Of a stretch of DNA of 64,000 nucleotides, positions 51,409 through 61,447 are shown in pieces (position 1 is the stretch's first letter; each line of letters starts with the position of its first letter). The stretch is from an uncultured Fidelibacterota bacterium (GTDB lineage: Bacteria > Fidelibacterota > Marinisomatia > Marinisomatales > UBA1611), in NCBI GenBank assembly GCA_913040915.1, contig CAJWHW010000007.1, positions 1 through 64,000 on the forward strand. Reading direction: 5' to 3'. The position numbers and the translations under genes are program-made. A model generated the notes under the pieces. That model did no database searches. It was not told where the DNA came from and worked only from the letters and a program-made list of their open reading frames with translations.

Positions 51409-52583
51409 TGCTGTTTAAGGTTGCTATCAAGAATCTGTTGGGCGCTAGGTTACGTACTATTCTGAATGTTCTTGTAACCGCTTTTTCATTTTTCTTAATC
51501 CTGTTCATGTCAGCAATGTATAATGGCATGCTGCAACACGCCAAACAAGTCACCATGGATACAGAAATTGCCGGTGGCGCTTATTGGCACCCGGATTACG
51601 ACCCACTGGATCCCATGACATTTGAAGATGCTCATTCATCCCTACCAGAAGAAATACAATCATTGGTAAATCAAAATAATGCTTTCCCAGTATTGGTAAG
51701 CCAGGCATCCATCTATCCCGCAGGTCGCATCATGCCTGCCATTATGAAGGGTATTCCACCTGATCAAAGTATTGTAAATATGCCAACTAATGCACTTTCA
51801 AAAAACAATGATATATCAATTCCCGTCTTGATCGGTAAAGGAATGGCCAGCAATACAAAGCTGAAAGTGGGTGATACCTTTATCATCCGCTGGCTGGATG
51901 CTGATCGAACTTATGATGCAGATGAAGGTACGGTCGTACACATTATGGATACGGAAAATTTCAAACTTGACATTGGCCATATCTGGATACCACTGGATAA
52001 AGCCCGATCTATGCTAGCCATGGAAAATGAAGCCACTTACGTGACCTTTGAAAAAGGAGTGCCTTTAGTTCATAACCTTGGTGGTTGGATTCCCCGCGAT
52101 ATTAATTATCTAGTCCAGGATATGGAAGCTATTATTGAAGCAGACAAGCCTCAGGCCCAAGTCATGTATATGATCCTATTAGCCTTGGCTGCCATGGGAA
52201 TTTTTAACGCTCAAGTATTATCTATCTTTCGCCGAGGAAGAGAGATCGGGACACTCATGGCAATAGGCATGACACGTCCAAGAGTGGTAGGACTTTTCAC
52301 CTTAGAAGGAGGTCTCAATGCAATATTGGCAGCAGTAGCAACACTCATCTTTTTTGGTCCTGCACTCTGGTATTTTGGTGTATATGGAATACCGTTGCCA
52401 ATTGATTACACCGAGATGGGTTTGATCATCGCAAAACGACTGATACCGGTTTATACCATAGGCCTAGTTTTATCAACTACTATTCTTGTTTCACTGGTTG
52501 TATTGATTGTGAGCTATATACCGGCCAGGCGCATCACACGAATGCAACCAACAGATGCTCTGAGAGGTAAGGCGATAGCATGA
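51408..52583 (+). CDS. LolC/E-like (FtsX family) ABC permease
   Basis: N-terminal TM, periplasmic domain, RGREIGTLMAIGM, PARRIT..PTDALR. Confidence 0.85.
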   Translation: MLFKVAIKNLLGARLRTILNVLVTAFSFFLILFMSAMYNGMLQHAKQVTMDTEIAGGAYWHPDYDPLDPMTFEDAHSSLPEEIQSLVNQNNAFPVLVSQASIYPAGRIMPAIMKGIPPDQSIVNMPTNALSKNNDISIPVLIGKGMASNTKLKVGDTFIIRWLDADRTYDADEGTVVHIMDTENFKLDIGHIWIPLDKARSMLAMENEATYVTFEKGVPLVHNLGGWIPRDINYLVQDMEAIIEADKPQAQVMYMILLALAAMGIFNAQVLSIFRRGREIGTLMAIGMTRPRVVGLFTLEGGLNAILAAVATLIFFGPALWYFGVYGIPLPIDYTEMGLIIAKRLIPVYTIGLVLSTTILVSLVVLIVSYIPARRITRMQPTDALRGKAIA

Positions 52584-53863
52584 TCAAATTTTTAACTAAA
52601 GGATTACTCCGAGACCGTTCCCGCAGTCTGTTCCCGTTTTTGGTAATAACGCTTACAGTTGCACTCGTTATATTCTCGCTCGGCTTTATGAAAGGTACTA
52701 TGAACAGTATGCTACTTGACACCGCCGTGATCATGACCGGGCATGAAAAAGTAGTTACACGCGCCTACAATGAAGAAAGCCAACTCATGCCCAATGACCT
52801 GGCCTTATTGGAAGTAGATGAGCTTGTTGATGAGCTAAGTCAGAATTATCCGGAGTTGTTCTGGTTACCGCGAATTACCTTTGCAGGGTTATTAGATGTT
52901 CCAGATGAAGTGGGTGAAACAAAAGCACAGGGTCCCGTGCTTGCTTTTGGTATTGATTTCTTTAATTCTGGATCTCGTGAAGTTGAAATTTGGGAATTGG
53001 AAAAATTGATATTGAGTGGAACACTGCCTAAGAATAAAGATGATGCTCTTATTAGTTCAAAATTGGCGAATCAATTGAACGTAAAAGCTGGAGAGAGAGT
53101 CACATTTATAGGTTCCACCATGAATAATGCTTTTACAACCTACAATTTCAATATTGCAGGCACGTTTAACTTGCGTAAGGGACAGACAGACAGGCAAATG
53201 ATGCTTGTTGACCTCTCCGGTGCCCGCAATGCGTTGAATATGGATAATGCTGCTTCAGCCATTTTCGGATTTAGCCACTCGTTATATTATGATGACGAAG
53301 CAGCCGTTATACGTCGTACAACATATAATGAAACCTATAGTGACAGTATGGATATTTTTAGTCCTTTTATGCTTGCCCTACGGGATGGAAATCAGATGGG
53401 ATCAATAGTAGATATAAGCGATGCAATGATGTCTATTATGGGAGGAGTATTTTTAGTCGTGGTGATGGTTGTTCTCTGGAACATGGGACTCATGAGCGGT
53501 CTGCGCCGCTATGGTGAAGTCGGATTACGACTAGCTCTTGGGGAGTCCAAGGGACAGGTTTACCGATCTATGATCTCTGAAGCGTTAATCATCGGATTAA
53601 CCGGAACGATAATGGGAACGGGCATTGGGCTTGCTATTACCTATTTTGTCCAGGAGTATGGCATAGATTACACACAAGGAATAGAGGCATTATCAAATTC
53701 GTCTATGGTGATGCCCAATGTATTTTATGCTCAAGTTACACCAGATCTATTTTTTATTGGATTTATTCCTGGCGTTTTGGCCACTTTACTAGGTACCATG
53801 CTAGCTGGCCTGGGCATATACAAACGGGAAATGGCGCAATTATTCAAGGAACTGGAAACATGA
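52580..53863 (+). CDS. LolC/E-like (FtsX family) ABC permease, second subunit
   Basis: N-terminal TM, RRYGEVGLRLALGE, EALIIG; ATGA overlap. Confidence 0.85.
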   Translation: MIKFLTKGLLRDRSRSLFPFLVITLTVALVIFSLGFMKGTMNSMLLDTAVIMTGHEKVVTRAYNEESQLMPNDLALLEVDELVDELSQNYPELFWLPRITFAGLLDVPDEVGETKAQGPVLAFGIDFFNSGSREVEIWELEKLILSGTLPKNKDDALISSKLANQLNVKAGERVTFIGSTMNNAFTTYNFNIAGTFNLRKGQTDRQMMLVDLSGARNALNMDNAASAIFGFSHSLYYDDEAAVIRRTTYNETYSDSMDIFSPFMLALRDGNQMGSIVDISDAMMSIMGGVFLVVVMVVLWNMGLMSGLRRYGEVGLRLALGESKGQVYRSMISEALIIGLTGTIMGTGIGLAITYFVQEYGIDYTQGIEALSNSSMVMPNVFYAQVTPDLFFIGFIPGVLATLLGTMLAGLGIYKREMAQLFKELET

Positions 53864-54600
53864 TTAAATTTGTTATTCTTTTAATTTCTTTCACATTTAT
53901 TACGGGACAATCCAAAGAAATGACTGTGGATGATATTATTCAGGCTATGGATAAAAATATGAATGCGAAATCCCGGATACTGACAAGCAAAATGGTTGTA
54001 CACAGTAGGCGGGCAAGTCGTACCATTGAATCTCGTAATTGGGTTGTGGGAACAGATAAAGCATTCACCGAATATTTATCTCCACCCAGAGAAGCGGGTA
54101 CAAAAATGCTCAAATTAGGCGATAAGCTTTGGACCTATTCGCCACAAACAGATCGAGTGATCCAGATCTCTGGCCACATGCTACGTCAATCTGTTATGGG
54201 GTCAGATATGTCCTACAGTGATATGATGGAAGACCGTCCATTGATGGATCTCTACGATGCTAAAATAGAAGGTTCTGTTGAAATTGATGGAAGGGATCAT
54301 TGGATAATGATGTTAACAGCCAAAGTGAAAGGATTATCTTACCCTATGCGCAGAGCATGGATTGACAAAGAATATCTGGTCCCCATGAAAGAAGAATTAT
54401 ATGCCAAAAGCGGTAAACTACTAAAAACATCTACTATGCACGGCATCAAAAATGTACAGAATAGGTGGTTTCCTTCTCGTTTTATATTTAAGGATGAATT
54501 AAAACGAAATAGCAAAGGAACAGAATGGGTAATTGATGAAATTGAGTTTGATAGTGAGATTTCAGAATCTCGATTCTCAAAGGCACTACTTAGAAAATAA
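53860..54600 (+). CDS. LolA-like outer-membrane lipoprotein-sorting protein
   Basis: Signal peptide (..ITG|QS); P.RE.GTKMLK....LW.YSP...R...ISG....QS.MGSD.SY.D; LYAKSGKLLK. Confidence 0.85.
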   Translation: MIKFVILLISFTFITGQSKEMTVDDIIQAMDKNMNAKSRILTSKMVVHSRRASRTIESRNWVVGTDKAFTEYLSPPREAGTKMLKLGDKLWTYSPQTDRVIQISGHMLRQSVMGSDMSYSDMMEDRPLMDLYDAKIEGSVEIDGRDHWIMMLTAKVKGLSYPMRRAWIDKEYLVPMKEELYAKSGKLLKTSTMHGIKNVQNRWFPSRFIFKDELKRNSKGTEWVIDEIEFDSEISESRFSKALLRK

Positions 54601-55998
54601 CAAAACTGTTTCAATATGTTGTGTATGAGGAAACATATCCACCATGACTGCAACATTTATATTGTACCCTTTTTCTACCAATACTTTTGCATCCCGAGCT
54701 TGAGTGGTTGGGTTACAGGACACATAAATAATTTTCTTAGCTTTTAGCTTTGGCAGGTATTGTAACATATCCGGATGTATGCCAGCACGTGGAGGGTCAA
54801 CAATAATCACATCCGGCTTTGGGATTCGTTTTGGCAGTTGGCCCGATTTAAAAAATGTATCCAAATTCGCTTTTAAAAATTTTACATTTTCAATTCCATT
54901 TTTTAAAGCATTTCTTTCCGCATCTTCTAACGCCGAACGAATCACTTCAAATCCATAGATATTTTTAGCTTCATTGGCCAGGTACAACCCAATCGTTCCC
55001 GTACCACAATATAAATCATATACAATTTCTTCGCCTGAAAGCTTGGCGACTTTCGCTACTTCATCATATAATCTTTGACCCTGTATGGTATTTGTTTGGA
55101 AGAATGAATTGGCTGAAATTTCAAATGTCAATTCGCCAATTTTCTCTTCTATGGTTGATGAACCATATATAATTGTTTCATACTCACCAAAGGCCACATC
55201 TGCTTTTCGAGTGTTTACATTATTTATCATAGATGTGATTTCCGGTACTTGGTCCAACAATGCATCCGTTAATGGGGACAATTTATTTAAATCATCATAA
55301 GCGGTGACAATATTCACCATGAGCTGATTGGTATTTATTCCATAGCGAAGCATTAAAAACCTTAAGAATCCTATGTGAGTTTTAGGATCATATGGCCGTA
55401 ATTCCGGATTTTTGCGGCAAACGTCTCTGGAAATTTTAAGTATTTGGTTACCTATTTCAGGCTGGATATGGCAATCATAGATATCCAATATTTTATCATA
55501 ACGTCCCGGAATATGAAGTCCAACAGCAAAGGATTTATCTACATGTTGCGGCTCTGACCCAAGAACCCATCGGTGTGGAGAAAAGGTGAATTCCATTTTA
55601 TTCCGATAATTGAAAATTGGATTAGCTCCAATGGTTTTATCTAACCTAAATCTTTTAAAACCGCCTAATCGGCGAAACGCATCTTCACTCTGAAGTGATT
55701 TTTCTTTAAGCTGTACTTCATAGGATAGGTTTTGAATTTTACACCCTCCGCAAACACTGAAATGTTCACAAGGCACATTTACAGCATCGGGGGAGTCTTG
55801 AAGCACTTCTAAAACACGAGCTTCTGCAAAACCTTTTTTCTTTTTATAGATAAGAGCTTGGACAGTTTGCCCTGGGATGGCACCGTTTACAAAAATGACA
55901 AAGTCATCTTTCCTTGCTAGACCCATGCCTCCATAGGCAAGAGACTCAATCTTTAGTTCTAATTCTAGACCGCGTTTTATTTTTATAAAGTCAGCCAT
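54586..55998 (-). CDS. rlmD: 23S rRNA (uracil-5)-methyltransferase RlmD/RumA
   Basis: TRAM domain, C.HF..CGGC, YRNKMEF, SFFQTN, DLYCGTG, DPPRAG, YVSCNP, DMFPHT.H.E. Confidence 0.95.
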   Translation of the reverse strand: MADFIKIKRGLELELKIESLAYGGMGLARKDDFVIFVNGAIPGQTVQALIYKKKKGFAEARVLEVLQDSPDAVNVPCEHFSVCGGCKIQNLSYEVQLKEKSLQSEDAFRRLGGFKRFRLDKTIGANPIFNYRNKMEFTFSPHRWVLGSEPQHVDKSFAVGLHIPGRYDKILDIYDCHIQPEIGNQILKISRDVCRKNPELRPYDPKTHIGFLRFLMLRYGINTNQLMVNIVTAYDDLNKLSPLTDALLDQVPEITSMINNVNTRKADVAFGEYETIIYGSSTIEEKIGELTFEISANSFFQTNTIQGQRLYDEVAKVAKLSGEEIVYDLYCGTGTIGLYLANEAKNIYGFEVIRSALEDAERNALKNGIENVKFLKANLDTFFKSGQLPKRIPKPDVIIVDPPRAGIHPDMLQYLPKLKAKKIIYVSCNPTTQARDAKVLVEKGYNINVAVMVDMFPHTQHIETVLLFSK

Positions 55999-56007
55999 TA
56001 TAAGGAA

Positions 56008-57309
56008 TTAAATCAATTGTTGGATAACTATTGGGAGCGGATCCACTTTTGAATCATTTATGCTATATGCTTGCTGTATTAATTCAATGGCATGATTTGC
56101 TTGAGTTTCGTTTTTAGCATGGACCATGGCTAAGGGTTGACCTACTTCAATATAATTACCTAAACCTGATATCTCTGTTAATCCAACAGAGTGATCAATA
56201 GTATCACTAGCTTTTTTCCTGCCTCCACCTAAAGAAACAACCGCCAGACCAACATCCCGTGTTTGAATATTAGAAATGAACCCTGTTTGAGTTGCTGGGA
56301 TAGGTTTTATTATATCTGATTGTTTAAATTTTTCTTTAAGTATATTACCAGAACCGCCTAAAGTCATGACCATTTCTTCAAATTTTTCAGCTGCTTTACC
56401 TGAATCTAAAACTCTGGTTATTTCTTTAATGGCTTCTTTTTTAGATCCGGATAAGCCTGCTATTATTACCATCTCGGCTGACAAAGATAAAACAACTTCA
56501 TGAAGACGTTTGTCACGTTCTGATCCAGTTAAATAATCAATCACTTCCTGCACTTCCAATGAATTTCCTACATTAGTTCCCAATGGTTGATTCATATCTG
56601 TGATGAGTGCAGTTGTTTTCATTCCAAATTCTTTTCCAACATGAATAATATTTTTACCCAGCTCTAAAGCAAAATCTTTTTGATCTGCAAATGCACCATT
56701 TCCCATTTTAATATCCATTACAAGTCCATCCAATCCTGCAGCTATTTTCTTAGATAAAATAGATGCAGTAATTAGGGGTATTGATTCAACAGTGGCTGTT
56801 ACATCACGTACGCCATATATTATTTTATCTGCAGGTGCCAGATTGTCTGTTTGTCCAATGATGGCACAACCCACTTTTTTTACAACTTGACGAAAATGAT
56901 CATTATCAGGTGTAGTATTATATCCAGGTATCGATTCCAGCTTATCCAATGTACCTCCGGTATGGCCTAAACCCCTTCCAGAAATCATAGGATTATAGAT
57001 TCCGCATGCAGCAACAATTGGTGCAAGCAACAGGCTTATTTTATCACCGACACCACCGGTAGAATGCTTATCAATCACAGGGCCATCTAAGTTATCCCAA
57101 TTCAGAGTATCACCTGATTTCATCATTTGATCAGTAAGATAGAAAGTTTCATCCACTGTCATTCCATTAAATATAACAGCCATGGAAAAAGCAGCAATAT
57201 GACTTTCATTTACAAGCCCTTCAGCAATTCCTTCAATATAATATTGGATTTCTTCCCCACTGAGAGAATGGCCATCTCTTTTTTTTCTGATGATTTCTTG
57301 AGGAAGCAT
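56008..57309 (-). CDS. deoA: Thymidine / pyrimidine-nucleoside phosphorylase
   Basis: DKHSTGGVGDK, SGRGLGHTGGT.DKLE, RDVTATV, SILSKK. Confidence 0.94.
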   Translation of the reverse strand: MLPQEIIRKKRDGHSLSGEEIQYYIEGIAEGLVNESHIAAFSMAVIFNGMTVDETFYLTDQMMKSGDTLNWDNLDGPVIDKHSTGGVGDKISLLLAPIVAACGIYNPMISGRGLGHTGGTLDKLESIPGYNTTPDNDHFRQVVKKVGCAIIGQTDNLAPADKIIYGVRDVTATVESIPLITASILSKKIAAGLDGLVMDIKMGNGAFADQKDFALELGKNIIHVGKEFGMKTTALITDMNQPLGTNVGNSLEVQEVIDYLTGSERDKRLHEVVLSLSAEMVIIAGLSGSKKEAIKEITRVLDSGKAAEKFEEMVMTLGGSGNILKEKFKQSDIIKPIPATQTGFISNIQTRDVGLAVVSLGGGRKKASDTIDHSVGLTEISGLGNYIEVGQPLAMVHAKNETQANHAIELIQQAYSINDSKVDPLPIVIQQLI

Positions 57310-57354
57310 TGTTGAACCGGAATTATTTAAAAAAGAATATGTGAAAAATTGGTT

Positions 57355-58164
57355 TTATGAATTTTCATAATTCGAAAGAAATTCCCCCAATAACGATTGG
57401 AGATCATGGGCAGCATAGTTTGCATTTCCCATGGTTTGTTCATGACTTAAAGCAACTTTGCTCATTCCTGCAGCCATGTTTGTTATAATGGAAAGAGCTG
57501 CAACCTTTAAACCAAAAAACCTAGCAAGGATCACTTCTGGGACGGTGGACATGCCTACTACTTGTGCACCTAAATTTTTGGCAACTTTGATTTCTGCAGA
57601 TGTTTCAAAACTGGGACCGCAAAACCAAATGTAAACACCCTCATGCAAAGTAATTCCTTTTGATAGAGCTGCATCACGAAACTGATTACATAACATTGGA
57701 TCATAAGCATCTACCATATCGACAAATCGCGATGATTCTGTTTCCTTAAATAATGGTGATACACCAGTAAAATTGATATGGTCGGTTAGTAACATTATGC
57801 TTCCTGGTTTGGCTTTATGAACTAAACTTCCTGCTGCATTGGTCAAAATAAGTAAATCACAACCTAATTCTTTTAATGTATGGATTGGTGTCCGCATTGC
57901 ATCTGCATGACCTTTTTCATAATAATGGGCTCGGCCTTGTAAAATAGCGACCTCTGCTCTATAAACTTTTCCCAGTACTAATTGTCCTACGTGCCCCTGG
58001 ACTCCAGCATTGGGAAAATCCGGTAAATCATCATATGAAATAATAGTTTGATCTTCAACAAGATCTACAAAAGAGCCTAATCCTGATCCAAGTACGATTC
58101 CAACTCTTGGTTCCTTCCCCGGTGCTCTAGACCGAATGATGTCTAAAACAGATTTTACTGACAT
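57355..58164 (-). CDS. punA: Purine-nucleoside phosphorylase (trimeric type)
   Basis: LGSGLG, GH.G, GR.H.YE, TNAAG, GPSFET.AE, GMSTVPE, ITN.AAG. Confidence 0.92.
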   Translation of the reverse strand: MSVKSVLDIIRSRAPGKEPRVGIVLGSGLGSFVDLVEDQTIISYDDLPDFPNAGVQGHVGQLVLGKVYRAEVAILQGRAHYYEKGHADAMRTPIHTLKELGCDLLILTNAAGSLVHKAKPGSIMLLTDHINFTGVSPLFKETESSRFVDMVDAYDPMLCNQFRDAALSKGITLHEGVYIWFCGPSFETSAEIKVAKNLGAQVVGMSTVPEVILARFFGLKVAALSIITNMAAGMSKVALSHEQTMGNANYAAHDLQSLLGEFLSNYENS

Positions 58165-58167
58165 AAA

Positions 58168-59022
58168 TTAAACTCCAATAGGGTGCCAGGTAGTTTTTAT
58201 TTCCTGTGTTTTCAAAATTTGATACGGATCTTCTTTTTGCCAATCTTCATTGGAATAAATAATCGCATGCTTCACATTCAATGCTGCATTGGATTCAACC
58301 ATTTGGATATGAGCTTTATTATCGCCACAGTAAATCATTGCATTCACATCCATATGAGAAGAAAAATGTTCTAAGAGTTCATCTCTTTGGCCAGTGAAAA
58401 TATTTACCACACCACTAGGGAGATCCGAAGTGTGCAGAACTTCCGCAAATGAGACTGATGATATTGGCTTGGATTCAGATGCTAGAACCACCATTGTATT
58501 TCCCCCAGTGATGATAGGTGCTAAGATAGAAACAAGCCCCAGTAATGATGTATCATTTGGTGCAAAAGCAGCAACTACACCTGTTGGTTCCGGTATGGTG
58601 AAATTAAAATAAGGAAGCGATACAGGATTTACACGACTAAAAATTTGCTGGTATTTATCCGCCCAACCAGCATAATAAATAAGCCGATCAATAGATTGAT
58701 CTAATTCTGTTTCAGCCTGTTTTTTGGTACTGCCTTGGAACATAAGCTCCTCTGTAAATTGATCCCGTCTGCCTTCCAACATTTCAGCTATACGATATAA
58801 AATTTGGGAACGGTTAAAGGCTGTTTTTCCTGACCATCCACCAACAGCCTTCCTTGCAGCTACCATAGCATTCCGAAAATCTTTTCTAGAACCACGGCAA
58901 ATATTTACCACTGTTCCATCCTTTGGACTTTCCCATTTTATATATCGACCCGATTCCGTCCTAGGAAATTTTCCATCAATATATAATTTATATGTTTTTT
59001 GAATTTTAACTCGTTTACCCAT
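58168..59022 (-). CDS. Truncated aldehyde-dehydrogenase-fold protein (non-catalytic partner)
   Basis: KTYKLYIDGKFPRTESGR, YAGWADK, EPTGVV, LPSGVVNI, KTTWHP; no ELGGK and no catalytic Cys domain. Confidence 0.85.
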   Translation of the reverse strand: MGKRVKIQKTYKLYIDGKFPRTESGRYIKWESPKDGTVVNICRGSRKDFRNAMVAARKAVGGWSGKTAFNRSQILYRIAEMLEGRRDQFTEELMFQGSTKKQAETELDQSIDRLIYYAGWADKYQQIFSRVNPVSLPYFNFTIPEPTGVVAAFAPNDTSLLGLVSILAPIITGGNTMVVLASESKPISSVSFAEVLHTSDLPSGVVNIFTGQRDELLEHFSSHMDVNAMIYCGDNKAHIQMVESNAALNVKHAIIYSNEDWQKEDPYQILKTQEIKTTWHPIGV

Positions 59023-59031
59023 TCATATGTC

Positions 59032-60480
59032 CTAATTCAAATCCACATAACCGCGGAGACCTTCTACCCCGCCTTCACTACCAACACCACTTTCCTTATA
59101 CCCGCCAAATGGCGCACTAGGATCAAATTTATTAAATGTATTCGCCCAAATAACACCTGCACGAATTTCTTTGGACACTTTGAAAATTTTAGCCCCCTTA
59201 TCTGTCCAAACACCACCAGAAAGGCCGTAGGGAGTATTATTCGCTTTTGCAATCACTTCATCAATAGTTCTGAATGTTTGGATCGCAAGTACAGGACCAA
59301 AGATTTCTTCCTGCACAACCCGATTTGATTGACTTACATCAGTGAAAATTATCGGAGCGCACCAATAGCCTTTATCTGGCATTTCAGATTTAGACTGATA
59401 AATGGTCCCTCCTTCATCTTTTCCCAATTGTACATATTCATTGATTTTCTCAAGTTGTATTTTTGAATTGATGGCACCGATGTCTGTATTTTTATCTAGG
59501 GGATCCCCCACAATAAGCGAATCCATTCGATTTTTCAGTTTAGAGATAACTTGTTCAGCAATGCCTTCCTGTAAGTAGAGCCGGGACCCGGCGCAACATA
59601 CATGACCCTGATTAAAAAATATTGAATTAATAATCCCTTCCACAGCTTGGTCAATGGGAGCATCTTCAAAAATGATATTTGCTGCCTTACCACCCAACTC
59701 CAAAGTATATTTTTTTCCAGAGCCAGCCAAAGCTTTCATAATATATTTTCCAACTTCTGTACTGCCAGTGAATGCAATTTTATCAATATCGGGGTGATTC
59801 ACCAATGCCTGTCCTGTCTCAACACCACCGGTAACTATATTAATAACTCCAGGTGGCAGGTTGGCTTCTTGGATGATTTCTGCCAATTTCATAGCGGTAA
59901 GGGAAGTTGTTTCAGCTGGTTTTAAAACCAGCGTGTTCCCAGTTACCAATGCAGGTGCTAATTTCCAGGCCGCCATAAGTAATGGAAAATTCCATGGAAT
60001 AATTTGACCTACCACACCTAATGGTGTAGGAGAAACACCAGGGAAAGCATATTTTAATTTATCTGCCCATCCAGCATAATAAAAAAAGTGCGCAGCAGCA
60101 AGGGGTATATCTACATCACGAGACTCCCGAATAGGTTTCCCTCCATCCATGCATTCAATTACAGAAAACTCCCTAGCTCTTTCTTGAAGTAATCGTGCAA
60201 TACGGTAAACATATTTTCCTCGTTCCCTTGGTCCCATTTTTGACCAAGTTTTTTTATAAGCATTTCTCGCTGCAACTACGGCTTTATTTACATCAGAGTC
60301 ATCGGCTTCAGCAATTTTGGCAATTACTTTTTCGTTAGCTGGATTAATGGAATCAAAATATTTCTTTTGATAAGCAGGGACAAACTCGCCATTTATAAAA
60401 AGGTTGTATTGATTTTTTAATTGAATGTGATCGATGCTTTCAGGCGCCGGACTGTATTCCCAATTTACTGATTTATTCAT
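59032..60480 (-). CDS. Aldehyde dehydrogenase
   Basis: IIPWNFP, LKPAE, FTGSTEVG, LELGGK, FFNQGHVCCAG, EEIFGPV, PFGGYKESG. Confidence 0.95.
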   Translation of the reverse strand: MNKSVNWEYSPAPESIDHIQLKNQYNLFINGEFVPAYQKKYFDSINPANEKVIAKIAEADDSDVNKAVVAARNAYKKTWSKMGPRERGKYVYRIARLLQERAREFSVIECMDGGKPIRESRDVDIPLAAAHFFYYAGWADKLKYAFPGVSPTPLGVVGQIIPWNFPLLMAAWKLAPALVTGNTLVLKPAETTSLTAMKLAEIIQEANLPPGVINIVTGGVETGQALVNHPDIDKIAFTGSTEVGKYIMKALAGSGKKYTLELGGKAANIIFEDAPIDQAVEGIINSIFFNQGHVCCAGSRLYLQEGIAEQVISKLKNRMDSLIVGDPLDKNTDIGAINSKIQLEKINEYVQLGKDEGGTIYQSKSEMPDKGYWCAPIIFTDVSQSNRVVQEEIFGPVLAIQTFRTIDEVIAKANNTPYGLSGGVWTDKGAKIFKVSKEIRAGVIWANTFNKFDPSAPFGGYKESGVGSEGGVEGLRGYVDLN

Positions 60481-60489
60481 AATATTTTT

Positions 60490-61389
60490 TTAATCCAATG
60501 AAAAATAATCTTTTGATTGGTAGTACCCTGTATCTTGTTTTATTATTTGCATAATTACATCATTTGCCAAAGAACTTGCACCAAATCGAAACAAATCTGG
60601 CGAAAGCCAATCAGGACCTAAAGTTTCCTTAACCATTACCAAATATTGAATGGCTTGTTTTGCAGTGCCAATGCCACCAGCAGGTTTCATGCCAATTCGC
60701 TTCCCTGTTTTTATTTGAAAATCTCTAATGGCTTCCAACATAGTTAGGACAACAGGCGGTGTGGCTGCAGGCGCAATCTTACCTGTTGATGTTTTAATAA
60801 AATCTGCACCTGCTTCCATAGCAATGTCGCTTGCCAAACGTACATTATCTAATGTAACCAGTTCTCCAGTTTCTAGTATCACTTTCAGATGCGCACTTCC
60901 GCAAGCTTCCTTCACTTTTGTGATTTCTTCAGACACATAATTATAATCACCACGGAGAAATCGTCCTCTAGATATTACCATATCAATTTCATTCGCACCT
61001 GCATCAACGACAGATCTTACTTCATCCAATTTTGATTCCAAATCTGCCATCCCGCTTGGAAAAGATGTGGCCACAGAAGCTATATGAATACTAGTCCCTG
61101 ATAAAGCTTCTTTCGCTATTGGAACCATAGTAGGATAAACACAAATAGCTGCAACGCTTGGTAATCCGGGAAACTGATCATAAAGATGAGCTGCTTTGTA
61201 GCAAAGTTGTTTTACTTTACCGAGAGAATCTTTCCCTTCTAAAGTAGTAAGATCAATCATGCTCAAGGTTAATTCCAAAGCTTGAATCTTTGATTCCTTT
61301 TTTATGCTTCTTGAAAATAGCCTGACTACCCGTTCCTTTGTATTCACTTCATCAATTGGATGGGTATATAAATGGTGTTGTGTATTCAT
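60490..61389 (-). CDS. deoC: Deoxyribose-phosphate aldolase (long form)
   Basis: IDLTTLEG.D, AAICVYP, EIDMVI, LKVILETGEL, DFIKTSTGK, KPAGGI, RFGASSL. Confidence 0.95.
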   Translation of the reverse strand: MNTQHHLYTHPIDEVNTKERVVRLFSRSIKKESKIQALELTLSMIDLTTLEGKDSLGKVKQLCYKAAHLYDQFPGLPSVAAICVYPTMVPIAKEALSGTSIHIASVATSFPSGMADLESKLDEVRSVVDAGANEIDMVISRGRFLRGDYNYVSEEITKVKEACGSAHLKVILETGELVTLDNVRLASDIAMEAGADFIKTSTGKIAPAATPPVVLTMLEAIRDFQIKTGKRIGMKPAGGIGTAKQAIQYLVMVKETLGPDWLSPDLFRFGASSLANDVIMQIIKQDTGYYQSKDYFSLD

Positions 61390-61447
61390 AAGATTTTGTT
61401 ATTATAAGGAAATTTAGAGCAAAAATGCCACTTTGAATACATCTTCT

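Noticed and set aside
32738..54600. Convergent 3' overlaps (32738-32768 and 54586-54600) as a regulatory system
   Set aside because: Short tail-to-tail overlaps are common in compact genomes and nothing else supports a function.
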